Below are positions 47,372-57,623 of a stretch of DNA of 64,000 nucleotides, piece after piece. Position 1 is the first letter of the stretch; each line of letters begins with the position of its first letter. The DNA is taken from IMG/VR virus record IMGVR_UViG_3300012933_000171, positions 13,908-77,907 of that record; one strand, given 5' to 3'. The translations under genes and the position numbers were made by a program. The notes beneath the pieces are model-generated. The model had not been told where the DNA came from and made no database searches. It saw only the letters and a program-made list of their open reading frames with translations. Origin of the DNA: a virus (taxonomy: Duplodnaviria > Caudoviricetes).

Positions 47372-49357
47372 TTATAGGAAAAATGATGAAGACCCTAAAA
47401 TTTGCACCCAAGCACTACCGGCTCTCAATAATGCAAACGAGAATACATCTATACCGTTTGATGTACCAGAAGGAGCACTCCCCGATGACCACTTGAGTGT
47501 TTGTGTTACCCCATCGATTTGAATTGTGCTAGGTACATAAGGAGTAGCACCTTGAACTGCGATGATAGTCACGACAATTGACCTACCGTCAGTTGTTGGC
47601 ACGTTTGTAAAGTTTGCAGTCCAGTTTGCACCTGATGTTACACTACTGTGATAAAAAGATGCTCCAGTCAACAAATTGTATGTTGCACTAGTGCTTGACA
47701 ATGCACCTGAAGCAACTAAAATTTCAGTAGATTGCTGTGAAGTCAACCACCCACTAAATGAAGCGTTAGTGTTTGCATTGATGTTTGCAACGTTAGCGTT
47801 ACCCGACACAGAAACAGAAGTTAATATACCCACTGATGTGATGTTAGGTTGCGCCGCTGTTGAGACTGTACTAGCATAACCATCAATGCTAGAGATGCCA
47901 GTTAATGCCTGTGTGCCACTTGCACGATTTAGAGTAATACCTGTAGTACCAATATAATGTGTGCTGTTACCCAAGATACTTGATGGGATAGTACCCGATG
48001 AAATATTACTTGCATTTAATGCAGATAGCAACGAGCCGTTACCACTGATATAAGAAGCACTTACTAAGTTACCACCTGAGATTTGCGATGCTGTACCACT
48101 CATTGTGATGTTGCCGTTGGCGGCGAATGTCAAACCAGTGAATGAAGTGCTGACTGAGGTGATGTTAGGCTGAAGTGCTGTTGTTAGCGTACCCTCTAAG
48201 TAAGTCGCCTTTGTTAGATTGCCGCCGTCTATGTTACCGGCGATGACGTTTCCAGTGAATGTACCCGCACCTACTACATCCAATTCAACAGTTGGTGCTG
48301 CTTTCTTTACACCAATTCGTCTGTTAATTAAATCGACCGTCATAGTTGGGGTACCCGAGAACCATGGTGAGAAATTGATAACATTGGCAGAACCGTTCAC
48401 ACCGTTGCCTGCTTGGATGTAAGTTGAGCCACCTGACTCAACTAATCTCATTCTAGTCCCGCCTGTTGCTAAGTTACCTAAAACAACCTCACCGTTGATG
48501 TTGGCTCCTGTCAACGTACCAACACTAGTGATGTTAGGTTGAGCTGATGAAGATACAGTAGGTGCATAACCGTCGATGCTAGTAATCCCTGTCAATGATT
48601 GAGCACCACTTGCTCTGTTTAACGTAATGCCTGTAGTGCCTATGTAATGTGTACTGTTACCCAAGATACTTGATGGGATAGTTCCGGTCGCAATGTTGCT
48701 TGCGTTTACGTTAGAAACTAAACCACCGTCAACACTAATTCGGTGAGTAGAAACAAAAGCATTTGATGTGCCGTTGTACGTGAAGTTAGCACCGGCGCCG
48801 TTAATAGTGATACCCGCGCCATCTGCCTGAATACTGGTTGTTGCGTTTTTTGCTAGAACTAGAGAGGAATCAGCTATCTCTAATACAGTTGAATTAATTA
48901 TAGTAGATGTACCACTGACAGATAAGTTACCTGTGAGATACAAGTTACCACCAACTGTGGCGTCATTTGTGACTGCTAAACTTGTTAAAGTACCTAAACT
49001 CGTGATTTGTGGCTGACTTGCAGTTAACACGGTGCCAGTGACGCTACCCACAACAGGACCAGTGTGAGTACCAGCAGTGTTACCGGTGATGTTTGCTACT
49101 ACTGTGTCGGTTGTAAGAGTTTGTGTTGATTTGTTGAATGTTAAGTTTGCACTAGCATCAAAATTGTTATTTGTATTAAACTGCACTTGGGATGATGCCC
49201 CAGCCGCTTGTTGCAAGTCCCATGCTACCCCGTTTGCATAGAGCAAGTTGTTAGTTTTAACATTCCCTGCATCGACATTGCCCTGAACAGCAACATTTGC
49301 CATGCTGAATGGGTCAAGGATGTTTATACTTGTGGGTTTAATTCTAGTTAGTGCCAT
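47372..49357 (-). CDS. Tail fibre protein with an internal duplication
   Basis: QPNITSVG repeats; ~60-aa block GTIPSSILGNSTHYIGTTGITLNRASG... occurs twice. Confidence 0.8.
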   Translation of the reverse strand: MALTRIKPTSINILDPFSMANVAVQGNVDAGNVKTNNLLYANGVAWDLQQAAGASSQVQFNTNNNFDASANLTFNKSTQTLTTDTVVANITGNTAGTHTGPVVGSVTGTVLTASQPQITSLGTLTSLAVTNDATVGGNLYLTGNLSVSGTSTIINSTVLEIADSSLVLAKNATTSIQADGAGITINGAGANFTYNGTSNAFVSTHRISVDGGLVSNVNASNIATGTIPSSILGNSTHYIGTTGITLNRASGAQSLTGITSIDGYAPTVSSSAQPNITSVGTLTGANINGEVVLGNLATGGTRMRLVESGGSTYIQAGNGVNGSANVINFSPWFSGTPTMTVDLINRRIGVKKAAPTVELDVVGAGTFTGNVIAGNIDGGNLTKATYLEGTLTTALQPNITSVSTSFTGLTFAANGNITMSGTASQISGGNLVSASYISGNGSLLSALNASNISSGTIPSSILGNSTHYIGTTGITLNRASGTQALTGISSIDGYASTVSTAAQPNITSVGILTSVSVSGNANVANINANTNASFSGWLTSQQSTEILVASGALSSTSATYNLLTGASFYHSSVTSGANWTANFTNVPTTDGRSIVVTIIAVQGATPYVPSTIQIDGVTQTLKWSSGSAPSGTSNGIDVFSFALLRAGSAWVQILGSSSFFL

Positions 49358-49396
49358 TGGGTTTTCCTGTAATACTTAGTATTTAGCTTTTTGGGC

Positions 49397-49425
49397 TTGA
49401 CAATAAATCCAAATCCTGATATACT
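49397..49425 (+). promoter_or_regulatory. Sigma70-like early promoter
   Basis: TTGACA-17-TATACT. Confidence 0.8.
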
Positions 49426-49431
49426 ACGTAC

Positions 49432-49890
49432 ATGGAAATCAAAATTGTTTCACGTTCTAATGCTCGTAAACTTACGATTGACTTAGCCACTAAGTTCTTG
49501 CGTAAGGAGCTTAAATTAGAACGTAGTACTTACGTACTAACTATCCATACTATGTCAGGATTGCGTAAGCATGAGGGGTATAATGGTGTAGTTGCCCAGA
49601 CAAACGACCGTGAAATCACTATGATGCTTGACAGTCGTTTGGGTGAGGCTGACTTAATTCAATGCGTTTCACATGAAATGGTTCACGTGAAGCAAATTGC
49701 GAAAGGTCAACTTACTATTGATACCCGAAATAACCAACTTTGGTTAGGACAACGTGTCAATAAAGTTTACCATGAACGCCCCTGGGAACAGGAAGCCTTC
49801 AGCCGTGAGCGTTTGTTAGCCGCCCGAGCCCTTAACTTTTGCGAAAAAGAATTGGGCAAGATGGTTAAGAAACTATCAAAAAATGTTTGA
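49432..49890 (+). CDS. HExxH zinc metallopeptidase-like protein
   Basis: SHEMVHVKQ...PWEQEA. Confidence 0.75.
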   Translation: MEIKIVSRSNARKLTIDLATKFLRKELKLERSTYVLTIHTMSGLRKHEGYNGVVAQTNDREITMMLDSRLGEADLIQCVSHEMVHVKQIAKGQLTIDTRNNQLWLGQRVNKVYHERPWEQEAFSRERLLAARALNFCEKELGKMVKKLSKNV

Positions 49891-49915
49891 CAAATAATCC
49901 AATCTGTCATATAAT
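49887..49915 (+). promoter_or_regulatory. Sigma70-like early promoter
   Basis: Perfect TTGACA-17-TATAAT. Confidence 0.85.
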
Positions 49916-49959
49916 ACAAGTTCTTTCAGTAAATCAACGTCATTAACAGGAGTTAATAA

Positions 49960-51084
49960 ATGGCAAAAACTAGTTCTAGTGCAGTGAGCGACAATCACAC
50001 AATCACAGCTATTCAAGCTACCAAGTCTTTGAAGCAAGCTATGAAAGCAAAACGTCCCGTATTCTTGTGGGGCCCTCCCGGTATCGGTAAGTCTGATGTT
50101 GTCCAACAACTCGCAGTTGAACTCGGTGGCTCTAAAGAAGCTATGATTGACTTGCGTATGGCTCAGATGGAACCAACTGACATTCGCGGTATCCCATTCT
50201 TCAACAAAGACAACGGCAAAATGGATTGGGCTGAGCCAGTCGATTTGCCAAGCGAAGAATTCGCAAAACAGTTTAAGACAGTGGTCTTGTTCTTGGACGA
50301 AATGAACTCAGCACCCCCAGCTGTTCAGGCTGCAGGTTATCAGTTGATTCTTAACCGTCGTGTAGGTAAGTATCGTTTGCCAGATAACGTTGTTATCATT
50401 GCAGCCGGTAACCGCGACAGTGACAAAGGTGTGACATATCGCATGCCAATGCCCCTCGCTAATCGTTTCGTTCACTTAGAAATGCGCCCTGACTTTGCTT
50501 CTTGGCAATTGTGGGCTGTTAACGCAAACATTCACAAAGACGTTGTTGGTTACTTGTCTTTTGCAAAGCAAGACATGTACGACTTTGATGCTAAGTCTTC
50601 ATCACGTGCATTCGCTACACCACGCTCATGGTGCTTCGTGTCCGACTTGTTGAATGACGAAGATAACATTGATAGTGATTCATTGTTTAACTTGGTCGCA
50701 GGTGCAGTTGGTGATGGTCTTGCTGTTAAGTTTATGGCTCACCGCAAAGTTGCAGGCAAGATGCCCGAGCCAGCAGACATTCTTTCTGGTAAAGTGAAAA
50801 CTTTGTCTGTGAAAGAAATCTCGGCAATGTACTCATTGACAATTTCAATGTGCTATGAATTGAAAGATGCTATCACTAACAAGAAAGTGGACAACAAACA
50901 GTTCCACGAAATGGCATATAACTTCATTCAGTACATGATGGACAACTTTGAAACAGAGTTGGTCGTTATGGGTGCTAAGATTGCGTTGAAGACATATCAA
51001 CTCCCAATCGAGCCAAGTCAACTCAAGAACTTTGACGAGTTCCACAAGAAGTACGGCAAGTACATCGTTGACGCCGGTAACTAA
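49960..51084 (+). CDS. MoxR/dynein-related AAA+ ATPase
   Basis: GPPGIGKS (Walker A), LFLDE (Walker B), AAGN, LANRF, TPRSW. Confidence 0.9.
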   Translation: MAKTSSSAVSDNHTITAIQATKSLKQAMKAKRPVFLWGPPGIGKSDVVQQLAVELGGSKEAMIDLRMAQMEPTDIRGIPFFNKDNGKMDWAEPVDLPSEEFAKQFKTVVLFLDEMNSAPPAVQAAGYQLILNRRVGKYRLPDNVVIIAAGNRDSDKGVTYRMPMPLANRFVHLEMRPDFASWQLWAVNANIHKDVVGYLSFAKQDMYDFDAKSSSRAFATPRSWCFVSDLLNDEDNIDSDSLFNLVAGAVGDGLAVKFMAHRKVAGKMPEPADILSGKVKTLSVKEISAMYSLTISMCYELKDAITNKKVDNKQFHEMAYNFIQYMMDNFETELVVMGAKIALKTYQLPIEPSQLKNFDEFHKKYGKYIVDAGN

Positions 51085-51132
51085 TAAAGTTTGTCAATTT
51101 AACGATTGACTCCCTAGTGTCGCAAGGCACTT

Positions 51133-51168
51133 TAAGGGTGAGTGTAATATTATGCTCACCCTTTTTTT
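51133..51168 (+). terminator. Intrinsic terminator
   Basis: AAGGGTGAGTGTAA/TTATGCTCACCCTT stem followed by a T run. Confidence 0.8.
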
Positions 51169-51182
51169 CTTAAAGGTATAAA

Positions 51183-51350
51183 ATGGCTACAAAGATTTTG
51201 ACAGGTAAAATGTACTTCTATTCACTTGGTATGCGCTGCCGAACCAAAGGAATCAGTAAGGATGCTGGAATGGAATTGTACAAGGTTGATGCGGCATTGC
51301 CCTACGCAAGGATCGCATTTGACGCTGGTTTCCGCGGGCTTGCAATTTAA
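51183..51350 (+). CDS. 55-aa hypothetical protein (MATKILTGK...)
   Basis: AAGGT RBS; fills the gap between genes. Confidence 0.5.
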   Translation: MATKILTGKMYFYSLGMRCRTKGISKDAGMELYKVDAALPYARIAFDAGFRGLAI

Positions 51351-51368
51351 TCAGACCTGTGTTATAAT
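51340..51368 (+). promoter_or_regulatory. Sigma70-like promoter
   Basis: TTGCAA-17-TATAAT. Confidence 0.7.
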
Positions 51369-51391
51369 ATAGTCATTAAACAGGAGTAAAC

Positions 51392-52663
51392 ATGAGCGAA
51401 GTTCTCGACAAATCATCTAAGAAAACTCGTAACAAAAAGTTCGACAATCTTGTAGGTCCCACAGACCCAAAAGTAGACCACGATGCACGTGAGCGTCTAG
51501 TGTCTGCACGTATCGGTCTCTTGCTACGTCATTCATTCTTTGGTAACTTAGCTACACGAATGAAACTTGTCAACGCAGACGAGTGGTGTGGCACAGCGGC
51601 TACTGACGGTCAAACGTTCTATTACAACAGCCGCTTCATTATGATGTTGAAGCCGAAAGAAGTTGAATTCTTAGTAGCCCACGAAGTGTTGCACGTTGTA
51701 TATGACCATATGGGTCGCCGCAATCATCGTGACCCTCAAATCTGGAACATTGCTGATGACTACTGTGTTAACGCAGACTTGAAGCGTCACAAAGTGGGTC
51801 AGTTCATCACTACTGTACCTTGCTTGTATGAGCAAAAATATGACGGCAAGCCAGCAGAAGAAGTCTATGATGACTTGATGAAGAATGCTCAGAAGATTAG
51901 CATGGACGACTTGATTGACCAAATGCTAGACGAGCACATGGATGGCGAAGGTGATGACGGTGATGGTGAAGATGGTGACCGCCCAGGTAAGGGTCGTCCT
52001 AAACTCACACAAGAAGAAAAAGACCGCATTCGTCAAGAAATGAAGCAGGCGATTATCAACGCCGCACAATCAGCAGAAGCAGGTACATTGCCTCTAGGTG
52101 TTGAGCGTCTTGTTCGAAATGTCACTGACCCAGTCATGCCTTGGCGTGAATTGATTCAGACTAACTTGACCAGTGCTATTCGTACTGACTACTCTTGGAT
52201 GCGTCCAAGTCGTCGGGGCTGGCACATGGATGCAGTTATGCCAGGTATGACACCCGGTGAAGAAATTGACGTTGTTGTAGCAATCGACATGTCAGGCTCT
52301 ATTTCAGACAAGCAAGCGCAAGCGTTCTTGGGTGAAGTTGGCGGCATGATGGATGCATTCGATGGCTACAAAGTACACATCTTCTGCTTTGATACTGACT
52401 ATTACAATCCTCAAGATTTTACATCTGAGAATATGGACTTGATTGATTCTTACGAACCTCAAGGTGGCGGTGGTACTGACTTCGATGTTATCTTTGACTA
52501 CTTGAAAGAAGTCGGCAATGTGCCCAAGCGTTTGATTGTCTTCACTGACGGCTACCCTTGTGGCTCTTGGGGTGATCCTGACTACTGCGATACTACTTGG
52601 ATCATTCACGGAGATAAGGACCCGCATCCCCCATTCGGTCAGTTCGCACTCTACGATGAATAA
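51392..52663 (+). CDS. DUF2201-type metallopeptidase plus vWA-domain protein
   Basis: TAATDG, HEVLH, DMSGS (MIDAS), GGGGTDF and FTDG motifs. Confidence 0.88.
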   Translation: MSEVLDKSSKKTRNKKFDNLVGPTDPKVDHDARERLVSARIGLLLRHSFFGNLATRMKLVNADEWCGTAATDGQTFYYNSRFIMMLKPKEVEFLVAHEVLHVVYDHMGRRNHRDPQIWNIADDYCVNADLKRHKVGQFITTVPCLYEQKYDGKPAEEVYDDLMKNAQKISMDDLIDQMLDEHMDGEGDDGDGEDGDRPGKGRPKLTQEEKDRIRQEMKQAIINAAQSAEAGTLPLGVERLVRNVTDPVMPWRELIQTNLTSAIRTDYSWMRPSRRGWHMDAVMPGMTPGEEIDVVVAIDMSGSISDKQAQAFLGEVGGMMDAFDGYKVHIFCFDTDYYNPQDFTSENMDLIDSYEPQGGGGTDFDVIFDYLKEVGNVPKRLIVFTDGYPCGSWGDPDYCDTTWIIHGDKDPHPPFGQFALYDE

Positions 52664-52666
52664 GGA

Positions 52667-52798
52667 ATGAGTATGTTTGAAGTTCTAGGCGAGACTGTGG
52701 GTATTGTTATTGCTTTGGTTCTATTGGGAGGCATGATATATGCTTTCTATTGGTTCCTAAAGTACATGCTTGATGGTGTGCGAAAAAGTGACGATTAA
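52667..52798 (+). CDS. 43-aa single-TM protein
   Basis: AAGGA RBS and a hydrophobic core. Confidence 0.5.
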   Translation: MSMFEVLGETVGIVIALVLLGGMIYAFYWFLKYMLDGVRKSDD

Positions 52799-53051
52799 CA
52801 TACCCATTAACGATGGATATGTGTATGAGAGTCCAGACGGTGGTAATACAATTTACCGCCGTCTTCCTGGTGAGAGTGAGCGTGAATTGTATTACGAATC
52901 ACCAAAAATAAAATCATTACATGAAAAATTAATGGAAGATAAGCTGTGGGGCGAGATTCGTAGACTTGCAAAAACGAATCATGCATTAAAAGATGCAGTG
53001 GATAAAGTAATCACGGTGTACAATTTGGTGAAAGATAATGAAAGAACTTAA
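52788..53051 (+). CDS. Hypothetical protein (YESPDGGxTIYRR family)
   Basis: Track ORF 52770..53051; start uncertain. Confidence 0.55.
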   Translation: MTINIPINDGYVYESPDGGNTIYRRLPGESERELYYESPKIKSLHEKLMEDKLWGEIRRLAKTNHALKDAVDKVITVYNLVKDNERT

Positions 53052-53307
53052 CCCAATCGCTTGGTTCGGGACCCGAGAAACATTAACTGTCCCCAGACAT
53101 TTTGTTAAAGCTAGTACACCACGTACTGATGAATCATATCAATGGGTTCTTACCAAATTGCAAGGTAGATTTTGTGTCTCGACTGATATGAAATCATCCA
53201 ATGCCGTACTTGACTTTTCCCAATATTTCTATTTTGAAGATAGCGGTGAAGCAATGATGTATGAATTGCGCTGGTCAGGACACTCAGGAAATAATTCACT
53301 GTTCTAA
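53038..53307 (+). CDS. Hypothetical protein
   Basis: 89 aa, in operon. Confidence 0.55.
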   Translation: MKELNPIAWFGTRETLTVPRHFVKASTPRTDESYQWVLTKLQGRFCVSTDMKSSNAVLDFSQYFYFEDSGEAMMYELRWSGHSGNNSLF

Positions 53308-53352
53308 ACTCATAGTAAATATCACTAGCCGAATGGCATAAGGAGATATAAT

Positions 53353-54030
53353 ATGAGTTTTTTACGACATGTAGGTAAACATGGTGATAGAAAAGTAGCA
53401 ATCGTTTTCAGAGAGCTACCAGGCGAAGAACACATGTGTTTGGTAGTTTATACTGAGACATTGAATCGTCACATCCATGACCCAATGATGAAGTGCATCG
53501 AAAGTCAAATTGGACAAGCAAGTGAAAATCTTGCAGACGCATTGAACCGCTTTCACACAGACGACGGTAAGTTCATTTTGCAAGTTTTGCACAAGCAAGG
53601 TTTGTTGCGTAAAGTTCAAACTGAACAAGTTACGATGACACCAAACACAACTACTAAAATCAACTTGTCCGAGTTGAACAAAATTTTAGATGATATGGCT
53701 GGCGCAGAAAACGCCACTAAGAAATTAGCTGAAATGGATGCTCAAGCAACGAAGGGTACTAAACCATCTGAGGTTGCAAAAGCAATGCGTAACACACCAC
53801 CAGTGACAACACCTGCACAAGGTATTTTAGCTGATGACCAAATCGCAAACAATTTACGTAGCCAAGCTCAACGCATGGAAGCAGAAGCAAAGGGTTTGTT
53901 AGCAGAAGCACAACGCTTGATGACCGAAGCCGCAGAAATGACAGGAGTTCCTCTTGCAACAGCACCCGCAGAACCGGTAAAACGAGGACGTGGTCGACCA
54001 CCAAAGGTACAAGCAACAGCAACGGCGTAA
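53353..54030 (+). CDS. Hypothetical protein with C-terminal AT-hook-like KRGRGRPPK
   Basis: AAGGAG RBS; coiled-coil followed by RGRP. Confidence 0.7.
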   Translation: MSFLRHVGKHGDRKVAIVFRELPGEEHMCLVVYTETLNRHIHDPMMKCIESQIGQASENLADALNRFHTDDGKFILQVLHKQGLLRKVQTEQVTMTPNTTTKINLSELNKILDDMAGAENATKKLAEMDAQATKGTKPSEVAKAMRNTPPVTTPAQGILADDQIANNLRSQAQRMEAEAKGLLAEAQRLMTEAAEMTGVPLATAPAEPVKRGRGRPPKVQATATA

Positions 54031-54031
54031 C

Positions 54032-54334
54032 ATGACACCTGATTTTTTGAGTAAGTGGTCTCACGTACTTGAAGGTGTGGATAAGACAACTTCCCCGGTC
54101 CCGCCTGAGTTCATTAGAAAAATTGTCGTTAAGTTAGTAGGCAAGAAACAGCATACTATTAACATACAAAATCTATACAAACAAAGTTTATGTACGGAAG
54201 AAATTGAAGAAGTTGTAAGTAGAAAATTAAATGAGCTTGACCCATTGATTGTAAACATAGAAATTATTTTAGATTTAGAATCGATTGCGAATACAGTTCA
54301 ACCACACACAGACAATCTATTAGGAAAATTATGA
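54032..54334 (+). CDS. Hypothetical protein
   Basis: Start reassigned to MTPDFLSKW. Confidence 0.55.
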   Translation: MTPDFLSKWSHVLEGVDKTTSPVPPEFIRKIVVKLVGKKQHTINIQNLYKQSLCTEEIEEVVSRKLNELDPLIVNIEIILDLESIANTVQPHTDNLLGKL

Positions 54335-54777
54335 AGTTAATTATAGCCTTTGATCCTAAAGGAGGAATTGGTTATAATGGTACATTGCCCTGGACTAACC
54401 TCCAGGGCGATTTACCTAGATTCAAGGAGTTAACGACCGGCAAGAGTATTGTTATGGGTCGTGCTACTTGGGACAGTCTACCAAAGAAGCCCTTACCAAA
54501 CAGAACCAATTATGTGTTCTCACATGCTCCTCTTGATGGTGCAATTACATTAACCGATCCAGTGTATCTAAGTTCAGTATCAGATGCTTGGGTCATCGGT
54601 GGTGCTAAAGTGATTGAAACATGTTGGGACTATATTGACGAGATACATGTTTCAAGAGCTTTCACCGAATACACTTGCGATACTTTCATTGATATAGTAA
54701 AATTAGAAAAAGAATTTATGTGTTGGCAGAAAGAAGATTTTGCCGACCACTCTTATGAAATTTGGAAAAGAAAATGA
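54331..54777 (+). CDS. folA: Dihydrofolate reductase
   Basis: IGYNGTLPW, MGRATWDSLP..PLPNR and VIGGA motifs. Confidence 0.95.
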   Translation: MKLIIAFDPKGGIGYNGTLPWTNLQGDLPRFKELTTGKSIVMGRATWDSLPKKPLPNRTNYVFSHAPLDGAITLTDPVYLSSVSDAWVIGGAKVIETCWDYIDEIHVSRAFTEYTCDTFIDIVKLEKEFMCWQKEDFADHSYEIWKRK

Positions 54778-55685
54778 AACAGTACTTAGATTTATTACAA
54801 GATATTTTAGATAACGGAGAAGAAAAAGATGATAGAACTGGCGTGGGCACCATTAGTGTTTTTGGACGTAATCTTCGCTTTGATTTGCGTAGGGGCTTTC
54901 CCGCAGTCACTACTAAGAAACTTGCTTGGCGTGCTTGCAAAGGTGAGCTTCTCTGGTTCCTTGAGGGCTCTAGTGATGAACGTAGATTGGCAGAACTCAC
55001 CCATGGTACTGCCGAAGGAAAGGTTACTATCTGGACGCCAAATGCACTTGCGCCGTATTGGAAGCATAAAGCCAAGTTTGAAGGTGACCTCGGACGAGTA
55101 TACGGAGTTCAATGGCGTCACTGGCAAACCCCAGTCGCTCACAAGCAAGAAACGTTCAAAGACGACTTCGGCAGTCAATACAACAGGGGCGGCTCGTTTC
55201 ACGTTAAAGAAACGGATCAAATCAAAAACCTCATTGAAGGTCTAAAGAAAGATCCTAATGGACGTAGACACATTATCAACGCATGGAATGTAGGTGAACT
55301 AGACCAAATGGCGTTGCCACCTTGTCACGTTATGTCACAATTTTACGTAAACAAGAACAACGAACTAAGTTGCCACATGTATCAACGCAGTGTTGATGTG
55401 TTCTTGGGTCTCCCGTTCAATATCGCTAGTTACGCTTTGTTAACTCACATGATTGCACATGTATGTGGTATGGGTGTAGGTGAGCTTGTTATATCGACAG
55501 GTGATACTCATATTTACAAAGACCACGTGACTCAAGTTAAAGAGCAACTAACTCGAACTCCAATGGAAGCACCTACATTAGAATTGAATAGTGCAGTGAA
55601 CGACATTGACCAATTCGATATGGACGATATCCAATTGAAAAATTACAAGTCAATGGACTCTATTAAAGCAAACATGGCAGTTTAA
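54774..55685 (+). CDS. thyA: Thymidylate synthase
   Basis: DRTGVGT, MALPPCH, YQRSVDVFLGLPFNIASY; ATGA-coupled start. Confidence 0.97.
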   Translation: MKQYLDLLQDILDNGEEKDDRTGVGTISVFGRNLRFDLRRGFPAVTTKKLAWRACKGELLWFLEGSSDERRLAELTHGTAEGKVTIWTPNALAPYWKHKAKFEGDLGRVYGVQWRHWQTPVAHKQETFKDDFGSQYNRGGSFHVKETDQIKNLIEGLKKDPNGRRHIINAWNVGELDQMALPPCHVMSQFYVNKNNELSCHMYQRSVDVFLGLPFNIASYALLTHMIAHVCGMGVGELVISTGDTHIYKDHVTQVKEQLTRTPMEAPTLELNSAVNDIDQFDMDDIQLKNYKSMDSIKANMAV

Positions 55686-55686
55686 C

Positions 55687-55923
55687 ATGGAATATATTGT
55701 GAAGCAAATTCGCATGGGGGACTGTGAAGACCCTGACTTGTTTGTTTCACAGCCTATCTATGAGTGGCAACAAACAGAGGCAGGCAAGTATGTTATGAAG
55801 CATAGTAATCCAGAACCTATGTGGTTACGTAGGTTCGATAATAACACATACGGATATATGTATTCTATCAAAGCATACTTGACGCCAGAACAATTAACAT
55901 TTTATAAGTTGAAATTTGAATGA
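55687..55923 (+). CDS. Hypothetical protein
   Basis: 78 aa, MGDCEDPDL motif. Confidence 0.6.
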   Translation: MEYIVKQIRMGDCEDPDLFVSQPIYEWQQTEAGKYVMKHSNPEPMWLRRFDNNTYGYMYSIKAYLTPEQLTFYKLKFE

Positions 55924-56882
55924 ACATTCTAGTAACAGGTGGCTTGGGTCTTATTGGACACAACGTAGTTAAGAGACTACAAGACTTAGGTCACCAAGTA
56001 TCAATCATCGACAATCAGACGAACTACGGGATTATCCCTCAAGACCAAATTGACTATCTACTAGCAGAACGAAAGAAGAAGATTCAATTAGGTGACTTCA
56101 TTTACACTGCTGATATTTCAGACGCACGAAAAGTAAGTTCCATCTTCCATATCGAAGAACCTGAGATTGTGATTCACTGCGCTAGTTTCCCTAGACAGAA
56201 AGTAGTTAACAACGATCCAGCGATGGGTAGTCGGGTAATGAGCGAGGGTCTACTCAACTTATTAGAAGCAAGCAACACTTATGATGTGCGTAAGTTCATC
56301 TATATCAGTTCGTCAATGGTATATGGTGATTTCAAAGACGATGTGAAAGAAGACTATGACTGCAAACCACAAGGGCAATATGGAATCCTCAAACTCGCAG
56401 GCGAATGGCTTGTCAAAGATTATACTCGCCGTACTAATCTTGTTCATACTATTATACGCCCCTCTGCTGTATATGGTCCACTTGACGTTGAAGACCGCGT
56501 CATCAGCAAGTTCATACTCCGCGCTATGCGGGGCGATACTCTTAGAGTCAATGGAGCTGACGAAACCCTCGACTTCACCTTCGTTGACGACGCCGCAGAT
56601 GGAATCGTTGCCGCTGCCCTATCAGATAACACAGAAAACAAAACCTACAATATAACTAAATCACATAGTCACAGTTTACTTGATGCAGCCAAACTAGCTG
56701 TGAACGTAGCCGGTAAAGGTGAAATTGAAGTGGGCGAACGTGATTTAGACTTCCCTAGCAGGGGAGCATTGAATATTGATGCAGCCAGACAAGACTTTGG
56801 ATTCGACCCTAAAGTTGACGTAGAAGAAGGCTTTCAAATCTACTATGATTGGCTAAAGAACTCCTCATATTTTAATAAATAA
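55920..56882 (+). CDS. NAD-dependent nucleotide-sugar epimerase/dehydratase
   Basis: TGGLGLIG, SSSMVYG, YGILK. Confidence 0.9.
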   Translation: MNILVTGGLGLIGHNVVKRLQDLGHQVSIIDNQTNYGIIPQDQIDYLLAERKKKIQLGDFIYTADISDARKVSSIFHIEEPEIVIHCASFPRQKVVNNDPAMGSRVMSEGLLNLLEASNTYDVRKFIYISSSMVYGDFKDDVKEDYDCKPQGQYGILKLAGEWLVKDYTRRTNLVHTIIRPSAVYGPLDVEDRVISKFILRAMRGDTLRVNGADETLDFTFVDDAADGIVAAALSDNTENKTYNITKSHSHSLLDAAKLAVNVAGKGEIEVGERDLDFPSRGALNIDAARQDFGFDPKVDVEEGFQIYYDWLKNSSYFNK

Positions 56883-56886
56883 GAGC

Positions 56887-57315
56887 ATGTTCATCTTTGA
56901 AATTACACCATCTTGGGTCTTCCATTCACTATTCTATCTTAGCATAGTTTCGATTATTCTTGGCTTTGCCTTTGGTAAAGCTAAGTTGATTAAGAGATAC
57001 GCACTGATGCTTAAAATCTCAGGTGTAATTGGATTTGCTGCTGCCACATTCCTTGAAGGGGCATTATATGATTACAATGTCATGCAGACTCGAATCGAAG
57101 AAGCAAAGCAACAGACCGCAGAATACGAGCAGAAGAACAAAGAATTGAACGACAAGTTAGCAAAGAAAGCTACTGCTACAAAGCAAAAGATTCAGGTCAA
57201 GAAAGAATACATCACTCGTTATATCGACCGTGAAGTTAAGAAGTATGATAACACTTGTGCAATTCCAAAAGAGTTTGTGAAAGCGCACAATGATTCAGCG
57301 GAGAAAGCAAAATGA
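56887..57315 (+). CDS. Putative i-spanin (Rz-like)
   Basis: N-terminal TM segments, coiled-coil and C-terminal Cys; overlaps a lipoprotein gene. Confidence 0.6.
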   Translation: MFIFEITPSWVFHSLFYLSIVSIILGFAFGKAKLIKRYALMLKISGVIGFAAATFLEGALYDYNVMQTRIEEAKQQTAEYEQKNKELNDKLAKKATATKQKIQVKKEYITRYIDREVKKYDNTCAIPKEFVKAHNDSAEKAK

Positions 57316-57623
57316 ACTACGATCCTAAAGAAATGTTCAAGGGTATCTTTACTTTTGTCGTAATCATGCTAGTTATCGTGTTTATATTGACAGGATGCAC
57401 GACTCCACCTGTCATACCTAAGTTCCCCGAAGCACCTGTTAAGGCTGGAGCTATGGAACAATGCCCCGACCTTGAAAAACTCAAAGACGGGGCAAAATTA
57501 AGTGATGTTAGCAAGACAATCACAATCAACTATTCAACTTACTACGAATGTGCAGTTAAGTCAGATACGTGGATTGAATGGTATCAAATTAACAAAATCA
57601 ACTTCGACAAAATCGGCAAGTAA
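57312..57623 (+). CDS. Putative o-spanin lipoprotein (Rz1-like)
   Basis: Lipobox LTGC, Pro-rich, additional Cys residues. Confidence 0.65.
   Translation: MNYDPKEMFKGIFTFVVIMLVIVFILTGCTTPPVIPKFPEAPVKAGAMEQCPDLEKLKDGAKLSDVSKTITINYSTYYECAVKSDTWIEWYQINKINFDKIGK

Noticed and set aside
35274-49357. Diversity-generating retroelement or invertible fibre cassette
   Set aside because: No reverse transcriptase or recombinase, no adenine-specific TR/VR pair and no flanking inverted repeats were seen.
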